A DNA stretch of 64,000 bases from Octopus vulgaris (lineage: Eukaryota), in the NCBI GenBank assembly GCA_951406725.2, contig OX597819.1, positions 42,656,001-42,720,000 on the forward strand, read 5' to 3'. The notes below the pieces were generated by a model, which saw nothing but the letters and a program-made list of their open reading frames with translations, was not told where the DNA came from and did no database searches. Shown one piece after another: positions 50,830 through 64,000 of the stretch. The position numbers were made by a program, and so were the translations under genes. Every line of letters begins with the position of its first letter. Within the stretch, counting starts at the first letter, position 1.

Positions 50830-51991
50830 CATACATACATATATACATACATACATATATACATACATACATACACATAGATACATATATATCTGTTTAT
50901 ATTCCCTATCTAAATAAAATGTTCTTGAATGATGCCAAATATTTTGCTTTCTCCATTTTAATCCATACATACATACATACATATATTAAAATTAATCAAA
51001 GAATGTACTAAGTATATATATATATACAAATATATAAACATGCATGTGTGTGTTTACATGTATGTATGTATCTGTTTCTCTCTCTCTCTCTCTCTCTGTG
51101 AGCAGAAAGGTAATCTTAATATGATGGTTCATATGCCATGTTTACTGTGTCCTGGTTGTAGGGTTAAAAACTTACAATTAATTAATGCTGCTTTCTGTAA
51201 AGCATGAAGAAGTAAATTAACTACTTTGAGATAATGCTTAGAGTGTTCTGTCAAGATTAACAGTTATAATCCTGGTTCATGCGAAAAATCATTTCAAAGT
51301 AATTTAAATTAATGTACAGGCTCTTAATAAGGGAGCAAAAAGTTTAGTGTAAGATGCAGGCATGGCTGTGTGGTAAGAAGTTTGCTTCTCAACCACATGG
51401 TTCCAGGTTCAGTACCACTGCATGGTACTTCAGGCAAGTAAGTGTCTTCTTCTATTCTACCATAGCCTAAAGGCTGACCAAAGCCTTGTAAATAGATTTG
51501 ATCGACAGAAACTGAAAGAAACATATTTTGTATGTATATCTTTTTCTCTTACGTTTTACTTGTTTCAGTCATAAGATTGCGGCCATGCTGGGGCACTGCC
51601 TTGAAGAATTTATAGTTTAATGTTTTGATCCCAGTACTTATTTTATTGGTCTCTTTTGCCGAATCACAAATTTATGGAGATGTAAACACACCAGCACCAG
51701 TTGTCATGTAGTAGTGAGGAGACAAAATAGACAAAATGATACACACTCATAGATAAATGGGCTTCTTTCAATTTCCATCTATTATACCCATTCATAAAGC
51801 TATAGTAGAAGACACTTGCCCAAGGTGCCATGCAGTGGGACTGAACCCCAAACTATGTGGTTGGGAAACAAGCTTTTAACCACATAGCCATGCCTATAAA
51901 TAATTTTATATTCAGGTATACACTTTGTCATATGCTGTTTAAAAAGAGACTTGTAATTTCCATTTTCTTTCTCTCATATATATATATATAC

Positions 51992-52022
<31 letters not shown>

Positions 52023-52770
52023 ATACAATCACATGTGTATATAAACAAACTTACATTTGTTTTTTAGAAGCATTGAATGTGCATCATACAATGCAGACAA
52101 CAAAATTATATTTTCAAATGCAGTATCGCCGTTAAAACGACAGAAAATTTGGGCAATATTACCCTTACAAGGCAGAAAAAGTTGTCAACAAACAGCCATA
52201 GGAGTCAAACCCACATCCCCCAAGATACCGCTGAGTGCTTTACCATGAAGCTAAACTGCTTGCTGGCAATATTTCTGCTGATTTTAAATGCTAAGTAGAT
52301 AACTTATATATATGGGTCGAAAATAAGGAGTTCATTGCATGACATGAATAGTATTTTCAGAAGTCAAATGTGTATAGTAATAAACAAATGGACAGAAAGT
52401 CATACTAAATGCACTGAACACACAGACCAACAGGGAACAAACACAGGTCACAAATTCCACATCAGTTATTGGCCAGGACGTTGAGTGCAATTTCATGCCA
52501 TTATATATCAGGTTGTCCAGAAAGTTTGTTCCAATTTATAGTAGCTTACCTTTCGACTTACTTTAGAACATGGTTGAGTCCATAAAATAGGATTTGACAA
52601 CACCTCTATTTAGAGCACAGTTTAAGCTATCTTTTCATGGAAGGTTTATGTTCCTATAACCTGCGTTATAGGCACTAAAAGAGAATGACTCTCCCCAGAC
52701 AATAAAATATACTTCAACCACACAAATTCACATAAAGAATCTTGCAAACCAAATGCAAAAACGATATATA

Positions 52771-52811
<41 letters not shown>

Positions 52812-53027
52812 AGCTAACTACATCAAATGATATGAAACATTTAAAATCACCAAAGATAACTGATTAAACTGCATTCTATTTTGTTGGTAAATCATGAGTT
52901 ACATCAAAGTTTACTCGGACATTTATCCAACAGAAACACATATTCAGAATGTAATTTGAACAGAATGCTTAAATATATAAATGCTGAAGATGAATAATTC
53001 TCCATTTTTCATATGATATATCTTGTA

Positions 53028-56000
53028 TCTCTATATATATAAAACTGAGAATGTGTGTGTCTGTCTGTCTGTTTGTGTGTTTCTCTAAAACTTGAGAACT
53101 ACACAACCAATTTCATTCAAATTTTACACATGCCTTACTTAAGGTCCGGGGAGTGTCATCGGCAAAAAAATCTTAACTTTTTCCCTAGGGTGACCCCACA
53201 GCAATATCATATCTTCTCACCTATTTCAGTATTGTGTTAAAAGTGAAACAAAAACATCTCTCTTTTGTAATGCAGACACTTTCACTTTAATACTGAAACT
53301 ATTGTCTTATTTGTTACACCACTGGTTTTCAATTCATATTAATCAAATTAATATTCAATTTTTTACCCTTATTATGTGTGTGTGTGTGCGTATGTGTATT
53401 AGCAATTCGTATAAAATTGCATCAATGACTTGAACTTGAATAAGTGGTTTCACATAAATGGGGATAAATTAAAAAGGTTTGTTGTTATTATCATTACTGT
53501 TTGACTATTGTAATCACGTTTGTTGGTTCCTTGTCAGGGAAACGTTGTTGTGTTGCATTTGTTAAATAATTGTAAACTGTAACCCTCCCCCTTTTGGTTA
53601 TTGTTTAAAAATTGAATTGTGTCCCTGTTTGGGGAAATTGACAATATTTTCACTGTCTTTACGGAAGCATTTTTGTTAAAATGCCTTTGATAGAAGCAAG
53701 TCCAAAAATGAATTTCGCTGCAGCCGTACACTTCTATACAAGAGGGAGGACAAGATCCAATTGATCGAAATTGCAAGAGACGGGCCTACAATTCCAGTCT
53801 GTTATATATTTTGAGTATTGTTATCACTAGCGATATCAAGATATAACTTTGTATTTTGTATTTTATGTGTAGATGTATATATATAGATGTACATGTAATA
53901 TGTACACATATATATACACATATATACATGCATAATATATCTACCCATACACACATACGCACACACACACACACATACATAGGGGCAGGTGTGGCTGTGT
54001 GGTAACAAACTATGTTCCAAACACATGGTCCTGGGTTCAGTCCCACTGTGTGGTAACTTGGCATGTGTCTTCTGCTGTAGCCTCAGACCAACAAAAGCCT
54101 TCTCAGTGGAGTTTGTACATATATACAGGTATACATACATATATATACACGCATACGTACATATTCGGCATAAACACTTTACTACTACAACTAATAACTG
54201 TTGGGAACACTTTCAAACCTGCCTTACATTCGAACCGGAATCTCAACGCCTGAGTTTTCCATCTGAAGTTAATCTCTCTCATGGAGCTCATACAAAAAGG
54301 GCAAGTCTTTGGGCCATACAATGTGACATGTACACAATCGAGTGGCAAAAAAGGGGCCTTCCACATGCTCATATCCTGCTTTGGCTCTCAGCGAAGATCA
54401 ATTCCAATGACATTGACAACATAATCTCTGCAGAGCTTCCTGGTCCAGCTTTAGACAAAGAACTATACGAAATAGTTAAAGCAAACATGGTACATGGTCC
54501 ATGTGGGCGTGGATTCAACATAAACTCACCATGCTTGAAGGACAGCATATGTTCAAAAAGATTTCCAAGGAGGTTCCTACAAGAAACTCAGACAGGTGCT
54601 GATGGGTATCCTCATACAGACGCAGAAAACCAGAAGACGGAGGTTTCACAGCAACTATCAGACAGCACGATATTGATAATATATGGATTGTTCCATACTG
54701 CCCACTCCTGTCAAAGACTTTCAATGCCCACATCAATGTTGAGTTTTGCAACTCCGTTAAATCCATCAAGTACGTTTGCAAATATGTAAACAAGGGTTCT
54801 GACACTGCAATGTTTGGACTTCAACAAGAATACTGCCAGGATGAGGTGACGCATTATCAGGTGGGACGGTACATAAGTAGCAATGAGGCTTTCTGGCGCA
54901 TCTTTGGCTTTCCAATTCACCAACGACACCCTGCCATTCAACAGCTTGCAGTGCACCTGGAAATGGTCAAAGAGTGTACTTCACTGATGCTAATGCTTCT
55001 CTGTTGGCAGAGGAACCAAGGGATAGCACACTCACTGCATTCTTCAAGCTTTGTCAAGTGGATCCATTTGCTCAAACCTTGCTGTATCCACAGATTCGAT
55101 CGTACTACACTTGGAATGAAAAAAAATGGGCCCCACGGAAAGCAGGTCAAAATGTTCATAGATACCCTGGCATTAAGTTTCACACTTGCCTTGGGCAAGT
55201 ATACATAGTGCATCCCACTCAACAAGAGTGCTTCTACCTTCGTCTACTACTGCATGAGGTCAGAGGGCCAACGTCTTTCCAGGCCCTAAAAACCGTTCAT
55301 GGACATGTCTGCACAACATACAGAGAAGCCTGCTATCGACAAGGCCTGTTAGAAGATGGTGCACAATGGGATGCAACTTTAGGAGAGGCTGCTTTATCAC
55401 AATCACCTAAAAGTCTCAGGGCACTATTTGCAGTATTACTACAGGCATGCGAACTGTGTGATCCAACCACTCTATGGCTCAAATATAGAGACAACCTGGC
55501 TGAAGACTTTCAGCGCCAAGCTCAACTGCTCTATCCTGACATGGAGGGTATCAGCAATGAATCTATAACAAAACACTCATTGACATTGAAGACAGAATTG
55601 CTAAACTGGGTGGAAATGAATTGTTGACGTATGGCCTGCCACAAGCGTTCAGGTCAGGGTCAAATAGCCTTCCCACTGCTGTCATTCGTGAAACAACCTA
55701 TGACACTCAAGCGCTTTCAAAGTACATTGTTGAAAATGAGCCTAAATTACTTCCAGACCAGCTGCAGGCCTACAGAACTATTCTTAACAGTGTACGCCAA
55801 CGCGAGGGATGAATCTTCTTCCTCGATGCTCCTGGAGGGACAGGAAAAACATTTATTACAAAGCTTCTTCTTGCAGAAGTTAGGCAGCATCAGGACATTG
55901 CAGTAGCTGTAGCCTCCTCTAGCATTGCAGCTACTTTGTTACCCGGTAGCAGGACAGCACACTCAACTCCCTCTCAATTTAGCAGCATCCAAAATGCCTT

Positions 56001-57283
56001 CATGCAACATCAACAAAAGCTCAGACCAGGGATAAGTTCTTAAAATGTGTCATCTAATTGTCTGGGATGAGTGCACTATGGCTCACAAGGGAGGTTTGGA
56101 AGCATTAGATAGAGCCCTGAAAGATATCCGAGACTGTCAGGCTCCAATGGGAGGTGTAACGCTTCTGTTGTCAGGTGATTTCAGGCAAACTCTTCCTGTC
56201 ATTCTGAAAGGCACTAGAGCAGATGAAGTCCAAGCATGCCTAAAGTCCTCTACCCTGTGGCATCATGTTACAATCCTCAGTCTCACCGCTACACGGCGAC
56301 AAAATGTCCACAAAGTTTGCACAGGACATTTTGACACTTGGTGACGGCAGGATGCCTCTCGATGCTGCAGGACAAATGGAAGTGTGGTCATTTTCCTCTG
56401 TTGTTAATTCTGTAGATGACCTCAAAAACAAAGTCTTTCCCAACTTCACACAAAACTACCAAAATCACAATTGGCTGTGTGAAAGAGCAATATTAGCTCC
56501 AAAAAACGTCGCTGTTAACAAAATTAATCAACAGCTAATGCATTTTCTTCCCGGCACTATACACACTTACAAGTCTGTTGATACAATTTCAGATATAAAT
56601 GAAGTTGTGAACTATCCTCCTGAATTTCTCAATTCACTGGAGTCTCCTGGGCTACCTCCACACTCCACACATATTAGCACTTAAAGTTGGAACTCCTGTA
56701 ATGCTACTCCGCAATCTGGAACCACCAAGACTTTGCAATGGAACATGACTGGTGATAAAGAAAATGATGTCACACGTTATCGAGGCGATCATTCTTTCTG
56801 GATGTGGAAAAGGTGATGACGTCTTTATTCCAAGAATTCCTCTTACTCCATCAGGAGCAGAAATTCCATTTACATTCAGAAGACTGCAATTCCCCCTTCG
56901 TGTCAGCTCTGCCATGTCCATTAACAAATCTCAGGGTCAAACCCTCTCTGTAGCTGGTCTTCTCTTGGAAGAACCCTGCTTCTCGCATGGACAACTGTAT
57001 GTTGGCTGCTCAAGAGTAGGAAACAAAAGAAACCTTTTTGTATATGCTCCACAAGGAAAAACAAGGAACATTGTTTATAACGAGGTGTTATAATCTCAAC
57101 AGCCAGGAGGTATATACATGATCCCTTTTTTTAAACAAACTTCATGTACTTTCATGTATTTATATTAATATACATATATATGTGTGTATGGGTGTGTATC
57201 CATATATATATATATAACAGAAAGGTCTAATTCTTCAATTCTTCAATTGAATGTAACCGGGCAACGCCGGGTATCTCTGCTAG
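53028..57283 (+). mobile_element. Helitron with both termini and a disrupted RepHel gene
   Basis: A|TC 5' end (53028); 3' GC-rich hairpin ccgggcaacgccgg followed by CTAG|T (57280-57284); interrupted by a microsatellite and a SINE at about 53870-54160. Confidence 0.9.
54290..57093 (+). pseudogene. Helitron Rep (HUH endonuclease) plus Pif1-like helicase, frameshifted
   Basis: YTIEWQKRGLPHAHILLW (HUH), KYVCKYVNKG (Y2), DAPGGTGKT, IVWDEC, LSGDFRQTLP, QFPLR..AMSINKSQGQTL, HGQLYVGCSRV. Confidence 0.9.
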
Positions 57284-57297
57284 TATATATATATATA

Positions 57298-57801
57298 CAT
57301 AGAAAAATGCAAGCATGAAAAGTAATATTCTTAAGATTATAAACCTGGAAAAGTACGGGACAAGTTATTACACCTGTTAACGTATAGGACAAACTACTAC
57401 TTCAAGTAAAATAAAGAATAAGAAACTTTTTACTTAAAATATTGCACCAAAAATATTGCCAGTTCTTCTAATTTATCACTCTTTAAAGTTCTCATCTTTT
57501 ATTGCACAAAACTGTTCAGCTAATTTGCAAGTTTTTCTAATTAGTCACTATTTTCTGTATTTAAAGTAGTAAATTAGCCAAATTGTACTTAAATATGTAT
57601 AGTGTTATTTGAAAACTATAATAAAATAATTTTTAATATTCAAATTTTAATTTTAGCTGCAATATTTTAAGTAAAAAGTTTCTTATTCTTTACTTGAAGT
57701 AATAGCTTGTCCTATACTCTTACAGATGTAATAACTTGTCCTGTACTTTTCCAGGTTTATAATCTTAAGAATCTTATTTTTAATGCTTGCATTTTTCCAT
57801 G
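57298..57801. mobile_element. MITE with about 150-bp TIRs
   Basis: 57298-57446 (gaaaaatgcaagcat...cttaagattataaacctggaaaagtac...tttttacttaaaatattgca) is inverted at 57658-57801. Confidence 0.8.
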
Positions 57802-57966
57802 CAATCCATGATTTTTCCAGACATTGCTGTTATAAGATAAGTAATAATGTGTCAATAATTTAAGATTTTACCTTATAAAATACTAAAAAATAATATCTAA
57901 ATGTAAACCCTCCATGGTTAGTAAGGAAATTACAACAACTACTACTACAACAACTACTACTACTGA

Positions 57967-59415
57967 TGGAGGTGAACTGGCTGAATCATTAGCATGTTCT
58001 GAGTTCAAATTCTGCCAAGGCTGACTTTGCCTTTCATCCTTTTTGGGGATAAAATAAAAACCATTTGAACACAGGAGCTATGTAATTGACTAAGCCCTCC
58101 CCCAAAATTGGTGGCCTTGTGCCGAAATTTGAAACCATTATTATTCTGGCTCTATAAAGGCGGTAAGCTGGCAGAATCATTAGCATGCTTGGTATTTTGC
58201 CCATTGCTTCATTCTGAGTTCAAATTCCGTCGAGGTTGACTTTACCTTTCATCCTTTTGGATTTGATAAACTAAGAACCAGTTACGTACTGGAGTCGATC
58301 TAATCAACTGGCCGCCTCCCCCCAAATTTCTGGCCTTGTGCCTATTGTAGAAAGGATTACTATTTTGGGTCTTTACATTCTGAATTTATTTCCTCCAAAG
58401 CATTTCATCCTTTTGGAGATGAAATGAGGTTGATGTAATAAACTAACTCCTTTCCCTTAAAACTGTTGGCCTTGTTTGTACCTACAGTAGAAAGATGAAT
58501 TGGTGGAATTGTTAGAGTGCTGGTCAAAACACTCAGTAGTATTTGCTCTTTACATTCTGGTTTCTAATCCTGCCAAGATCAAATTTACCTTTTATCTTTT
58601 CAGGGTCATTATCATAAAGTACCAGTCAAGTATTGGGGCTGATATAATTAAATATTGCCCTCCCTTGAAATCTGTTGGGCTTGTGCTTAAATCATCATCA
58701 TCGTCATCATATTCTTCTAAGACAGTGAGGTAGCAGAATCATTTGCATATTGAACAAAATGTTTATGATGTATTTCTTCCAGCTATCTACATTGAATTCA
58801 AATACTGCCATGATCAACTTTGATGTTCATCCTTTTGGATTTGACAAAGGCTGATGGATAGATAGAATCAACTGGGGTCCATATAAGATTTTGTTAAAAT
58901 CTATATGCAATAAATTGTTATACTTGTACAATACACAAAATATTTCAACAATTTTTTAATACAATTCCTAATATGTCATTATAAAAACATGATCTTTTTC
59001 AACATTGAATAGCTAGGAGGATCCATCTGAATAAAAGAGAAATCAGAGGTCCATAGGTAAAAAAAAATGGTTGAGAAACATTGTACTAGATAAAATGCCA
59101 GACAGTATTTAAATACATCTCTCTATTTTCTGAGTTCAATTCCTGTTGAGGTCAACTAGCCTCATTCCCTCAAAATTGCTAGTCTTGTACCTAAATTAAG
59201 AATTATTATTGAGGATGGTGTATTTGCAAAATCATTAGAGCATTGGACAAAAAATATCTTGACAGTTTTTTACACTCCGAGTTCAAATCGTACTGAGGTC
59301 ATCTTTTATTGGGGTCGATAACATAAGGTAGCAGTATAGGAATTCATGGTATCGATTAATCCCATCCAAATTTTATGTCTAGGGCTTATGCTAGAAACAA
59401 CTACAATAATTATTT
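57967..59415 (+). repeat. Head-to-tail array of about 6 diverged tRNA-derived SINEs, family B (Octopus OK-like)
   Basis: Repeated unit gagctggcagaatcattagc...ctgagttcaaattc...gactttgcctttcatcctt...gataaaataa...ggccttgtgcc...attatt; one unit is split by a hAT MITE. Confidence 0.75.
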
Positions 59416-60264
59416 TGCACAAAGAGCTGAAGTCTGTATATGGTCAGTCCTGGTCATTGCTACTGCAGCTTTTGTTTCAGACTCACTCAAGGTTGAAGGA
59501 AAAAAATGGCTGCCTTACTAACACAATCATTCAATAAAACTGATTTTTCATATTAAAAAAAATCTGATTTTTTTTAAAGCAAATTCAATATTGATCAATC
59601 TAAGAAGTTGTCTTTTTCTACAAATCAATTTTTTTCTCTTTGTATTGAATATTTCATATCCTACTCTACTGAATAACAAGTAAAATCTTATCAGAAGGTT
59701 AAATATTTCACAATGCTATTGAGGAAGCTGATTTTTCAAAACAGTAACCACAAATAGCCCAAGGTAAATAGTAATACTATTTATATCAACATATCATTGA
59801 GACTGTCCTTAGAACAATCAGAAATGCTGCTGGAAGAAATAATGTAGGAATTCACAATGATTCCTGATACCATTCAACATTTGAAATTTCCATTTAAAAG
59901 AAAGAGACAATGTAAACAACTGATATTCAAAGACAAAAATATTATGGAAAATGGTTATCTACTTCAACTCAGTACTGTGCTTTTATTTATTTATGCCTTT
60001 TTGTTTCTCTGACAAAGAAGTTTGTGTTGCTATATCGATAATTAGAAAGAACAATAAAGTTCTTAAAAATGAGTTAAATTAATTTGAGGGAAAGCAAATT
60101 TGCATTAAAAAAACTGTGAAAAATTGACATTCAATAAATTGCATTCCAAGTCAACATCAACACTTGCAGGGGCAGCAAGGAAAGCATTGTTTCTTTCTTA
60201 ATAAATTTTGTTGTTTGTTCTCATACATCATTTAAATGAATATATCAGATTATTATTGCTCTTG

Positions 60265-60545
60265 TGGAGGCACATGGCCTAGTGGTTAGAAGAGTGGACT
60301 CGCAGTTGAGGGAATGCGGGTTTGAATTTCAGACCGGGTGATGTGTTTACGAGTGAAACACCTAAGCTCCATGTGGCTCTGGCAGAAGGTAATGGCAAAC
60401 TTTTGCCAACTCTTTTGCCACAACTTTCTCCTGCACCTTGCAGCTCACCTGCGACGGACTGGTGTCCCGTCCAGGTAGGGAACCTATACACCAAGGAAAC
60501 CAGCCCTTATGAGCCAGGGATGGCTCAAGAAGGAACAAACAAATA
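60265..60545 (+). mobile_element. tRNA-derived SINE, family C
   Basis: tRNA-like head with an A box (tggcctagtggttag) and a degenerate B box (ggtttgaattt), a non-tRNA body and an aacaaac tail. A related head occurs at about 48583. Confidence 0.6.
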
Positions 60546-60571
60546 TTGCGCTTATCATCAATATTTATTAA

Positions 60572-61316
60572 GTTGGAGTGCTGGCAGAATTGTTAGCATA
60601 CCAGGTAAAATGCCTAGTGACATTTCATCAGTCTTTACATTTTGAGTTCAAATTCCACCAAAGCCTTTCATCTTTTTGGGGTTGATGTAAATGACTTGCC
60701 CCACCCACAAAATTTGAAACCATTATTATCATTAATGTTTATTATTAAGGTAATGAGCTGGTAGAATCGTGAGTTGGACAATATATGTAGCAGCTTTTCT
60801 TTTGAATCTTAATGTCCTGAGTTCAAACCCAACATAGATCAACTTTGCCTTCCATCCTTCCAGGGTCTATAAAATAGGTACCAGTTGAACACTGGGATCA
60901 ATGTAATCAATTTTCTCCCTTCCCTCAAAATTTCAGGTCTTGTGCCTATCATAGAAAGAATTTTTATTATTAAGGAAGCAAGCTGGCAGAATTGGTAGAG
61001 TATTAAAAAAATGCATTGTAGTAGTTCTTTAGACCCATTACATTTTGAGTCCAAATTCTGCTGAGGGTGACTCCTTCCTGCAAAATTTTGTCATGCTCCA
61101 AGATTAGAAATATCATCATCATTATTATTATTAAGGTGCTAAGTTGGCACAACTGGTAGCTTACTGGGCCAGGCATATTCAAATATTTTGCCTTTCATCC
61201 TTTCAGAGACAGTAAAATAAGAACCAGTTGAATATTGGGGATCAATGTAATTGACTAGCCCCTCCCTACAAAATTCCAGGTTTTCTGCCAAAATTAGAAA
61301 GAATTGTTATTATTAA
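60572..61316 (+). repeat. Second head-to-tail array of about 4 family-B SINEs
   Basis: Same unit as 57967-59415, each copy ending in (tta)n-ttaagg. Confidence 0.75.
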
Positions 61317-64000
61317 GGCATCATATACTAGTAAGTTTAACTGCATAATATAAATATTAATACAGAAAAAAGAATGACATTGTAATAGAGTAAATCATTA
61401 AATAAATTATAAACAGATGGGAAGGAAAAAAGAAGAAAAATAACTGAAATTATGTTTGAAAGATTTATTCAGCAGAGGGTACAACTGGAATGATGAATGG
61501 GGAGGATGTGATGGACCTTTGAGATACATCTTTAACAGAAGTAAACAGATTCTCTCTGCTAGAGCTTCTCTGCAGAACCATATATGGCAACCCAGCCAAC
61601 CTTATTTATTATTATTATTATTATAATAGTTAGGTGCCATAGACTTTTTTTACTTTTTCCTTTTTTTAAAATTTTTTTTTGTTCACTCTCTCACACTTTC
61701 CCTTTTTTTTTTCCTTGCTGTGGATGCTGGTACCTCTCCCATTTCTGTGTTGAATTGTTTTCCTCTCAAGTCAAAAAGAACTTTGGTTTATTATATACAG
61801 TAAAGGAGCTTCTGCCCTATCCTAAACACTTTGTCTACAACTGGCACATCCCGATCTAAACCATTGATAGAGCTAAGACAAAGTTTACACCAAGCCTCTT
61901 CGTCTGGTTATCAGCTGTTTTTTTTTTTTAGTATTTTACATTGTAGTTTGCACTTGCTTGCTGCTAGATATTATTGTCAATTTGTCTAAAGCTGCATGAT
62001 CACTGTACAGTCACTGTGGTAGAACTGTAGTAGCAAATAACATAGTTAATTAGTCAGAAAATAAGAAATTGGTGAAAGGGCAACACATTCCATTCCTAAG
62101 AAGCTGTGTGTATGTGTGGGAACTGAGGTAGATCTCATTAGGACTTTTTTAAAAAATACCATTGCTACAAAAACAACCAATTAGCCCACATGATACAAGT
62201 TGCAATCTAATTTCCAGAAAAGTAAATTAATTTTTCAATGATTTTTCTTTATTCAACAGAACTAGAAGATTAAATTTTAGGATTTAAGAAAAAAAAAGTG
62301 CTAATACTTAAGCAGAAATAAATTAAATGTCATGGAAGTTCTTTGCTTGTCAAAGAAAGATATTGGATAGATAGCATTATACATTTTTAGTTATATTTAT
62401 ATATGATTATATATGTTTATACAAGTGTGTATGTATATCGATGATATATTATTACAAACACACTCACACACTCTCTCTCAAACGTGTGAATAATGATTCA
62501 AATTACGAGATAAATTTTAGCTGTTAAACAAAGTTAAAAAGAAAATTCTTCCAGAATAAATTTGACAAAATATTCTATATCTTATATTTTGTGTATCAAC
62601 TATTTAAATTTGCTTCAAATTACCTTACCCTTCCCACTGAATTTCATTTGGTACACTAGAATTAGCAGTTAATATTCTTGACTTAGCTTAGCTATAGAAC
62701 TGTACAGATACACCACCACACTTAAGATAGATGAGGCGTCATTACAGAACAGAATAGATAAATGATGTCTAGTTGTAGAGTTTTAAAGGTCTCACATCTT
62801 GCAAAACATAATGACTAGATACAATTCTAAGAGTTGTCTGCATTATCTCCAATCTGTTTACTTTAAAACTATTGGGGAAAATATAACAACTTTACATGCT
62901 GACATTGAAAATGAGACAAAAACAAACTAGAATTAAGAGTTACATGAGGTAGATTTTAGAAATTATTTGTGGTTATAAATAGACTTGCTATGTTCTTAGC
63001 TAACTGGACTTCAAAAATAATTAAATACTTAATGAGTTTAATTAAAACATTGTTTTCTCTGGAAAATACTTTTAGAATCTGCAAACCAACAGAATTATTC
63101 GTGCATACAATATACACACTTGGATATAACATAATAGTAACATAAATATATTTTGATGTCATATGATATATATAACACGTAACAAATTAATTAGAATTGT
63201 TAAATGGAGATGATTGAGTTTTTTTGTCATTGTTTGTTCTGAAAAGGAGGATTTTTTTTTCTGGTGGGTGGGGTTCCCCTCTGTTTTCTATTAGACTACT
63301 ATGCATCACTTTAACCTTTATTTATAAATAACAAAAGAAAAAAAAAATTGTAAAGATGACTCTTTCTGTTTATCAATGTAGGAAATGGAATCTATTGTTG
63401 TCTGTGCAATGGTAGTTTACAGCACCCAATATAGCTACGAACAAATGAGGATTATGAAGAAGATATGTGTTACAAAAATATTAAAATTAATAATTATGGT
63501 AAAGATAATAATAATAATAATAATGATAATAATTATTAGCAGTGAATAAGTAGAGAACAAGAATACAATCATTAATAATTTAGCACCAACAGTACACTAG
63601 GACATGAAATTAAAAAAAATGTGGTGTTTATAATGCAGTAAAAAAAATAAATAAAAGGAAAGCAATTTGAAATTTTATTTTATAAAAAAATTTTAAGTAG
63701 GTTTTGGAAGAAGAGGAGGGGGGAAAGCTGAGATAATGTTAATAAGTGGAAGGTGTGAATTAAAGACAATAGAACAACAAAGTGAGATTTTTTTTTATGC
63801 TTTATCATTGTATACAGAGGCATTGTTTCTCCATGATTAATTAAGTTCCTGAAGCTCAACTTTGAAGAGAGTCACATTTTTTTGTCTTTCCATGTTTATT
63901 TATGGCATTGCATGTTCAGATGATTGATGGCAGGGTGGGGGTGGAGAGGAAAGAAAAAAAATGAGGGGTATTTTGTTATTTTTTCTTCATAATTTAGAAG

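Noticed and set aside
60265-60340. tRNA gene
   Set aside because: The arms do not pair well and the sequence continues into a SINE body; it is a tRNA-derived SINE head.

Overview
AT-rich, repeat-dense eukaryotic DNA. The SINE/LINE families look like those of an octopod cephalopod (Octopus-like; my inference). Only one host protein-coding gene is clearly supported: an SLC3 amino-acid-transporter heavy chain (4F2hc/CD98hc-rBAT family) on the minus strand at 4655-6562. Its CDS is uninterrupted and its GH13 domain has lost the catalytic residues. The rest is mobile DNA: a cluster of GG...CC foldback MITEs with 8-9 bp TSDs (Merlin-like), a young 5'-truncated RTE-type LINE with an intact RT ORF and TSD, a second RTE family with a PHD finger inside ORF2 and many 3' tails, and two Tx1/L1-like 3' ends sitting in SINE (TTA)n tails. 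There are also an AcademX-like relic, a Penelope-like RT/GIY-YIG relic, Helitrons (one end-to-end), hAT/Tc1-mariner/piggyBac MITEs, tRNA-derived SINEs including head-to-tail arrays, and microsatellites. The most striking non-coding feature is a near-perfect 326-bp palindrome (40365-40690) with a complete minimal type I hammerhead ribozyme on each strand; more degenerate hammerheads and several local fold-back duplications occur elsewhere. A CpG-rich to CpG-poor shift near 10-11 kb, plus candidate splice sites, suggests most of the window is a large intron of a divergently transcribed gene. Most short ORFs in the track are repeat artefacts. Coordinates were read by eye and no database searches were run.
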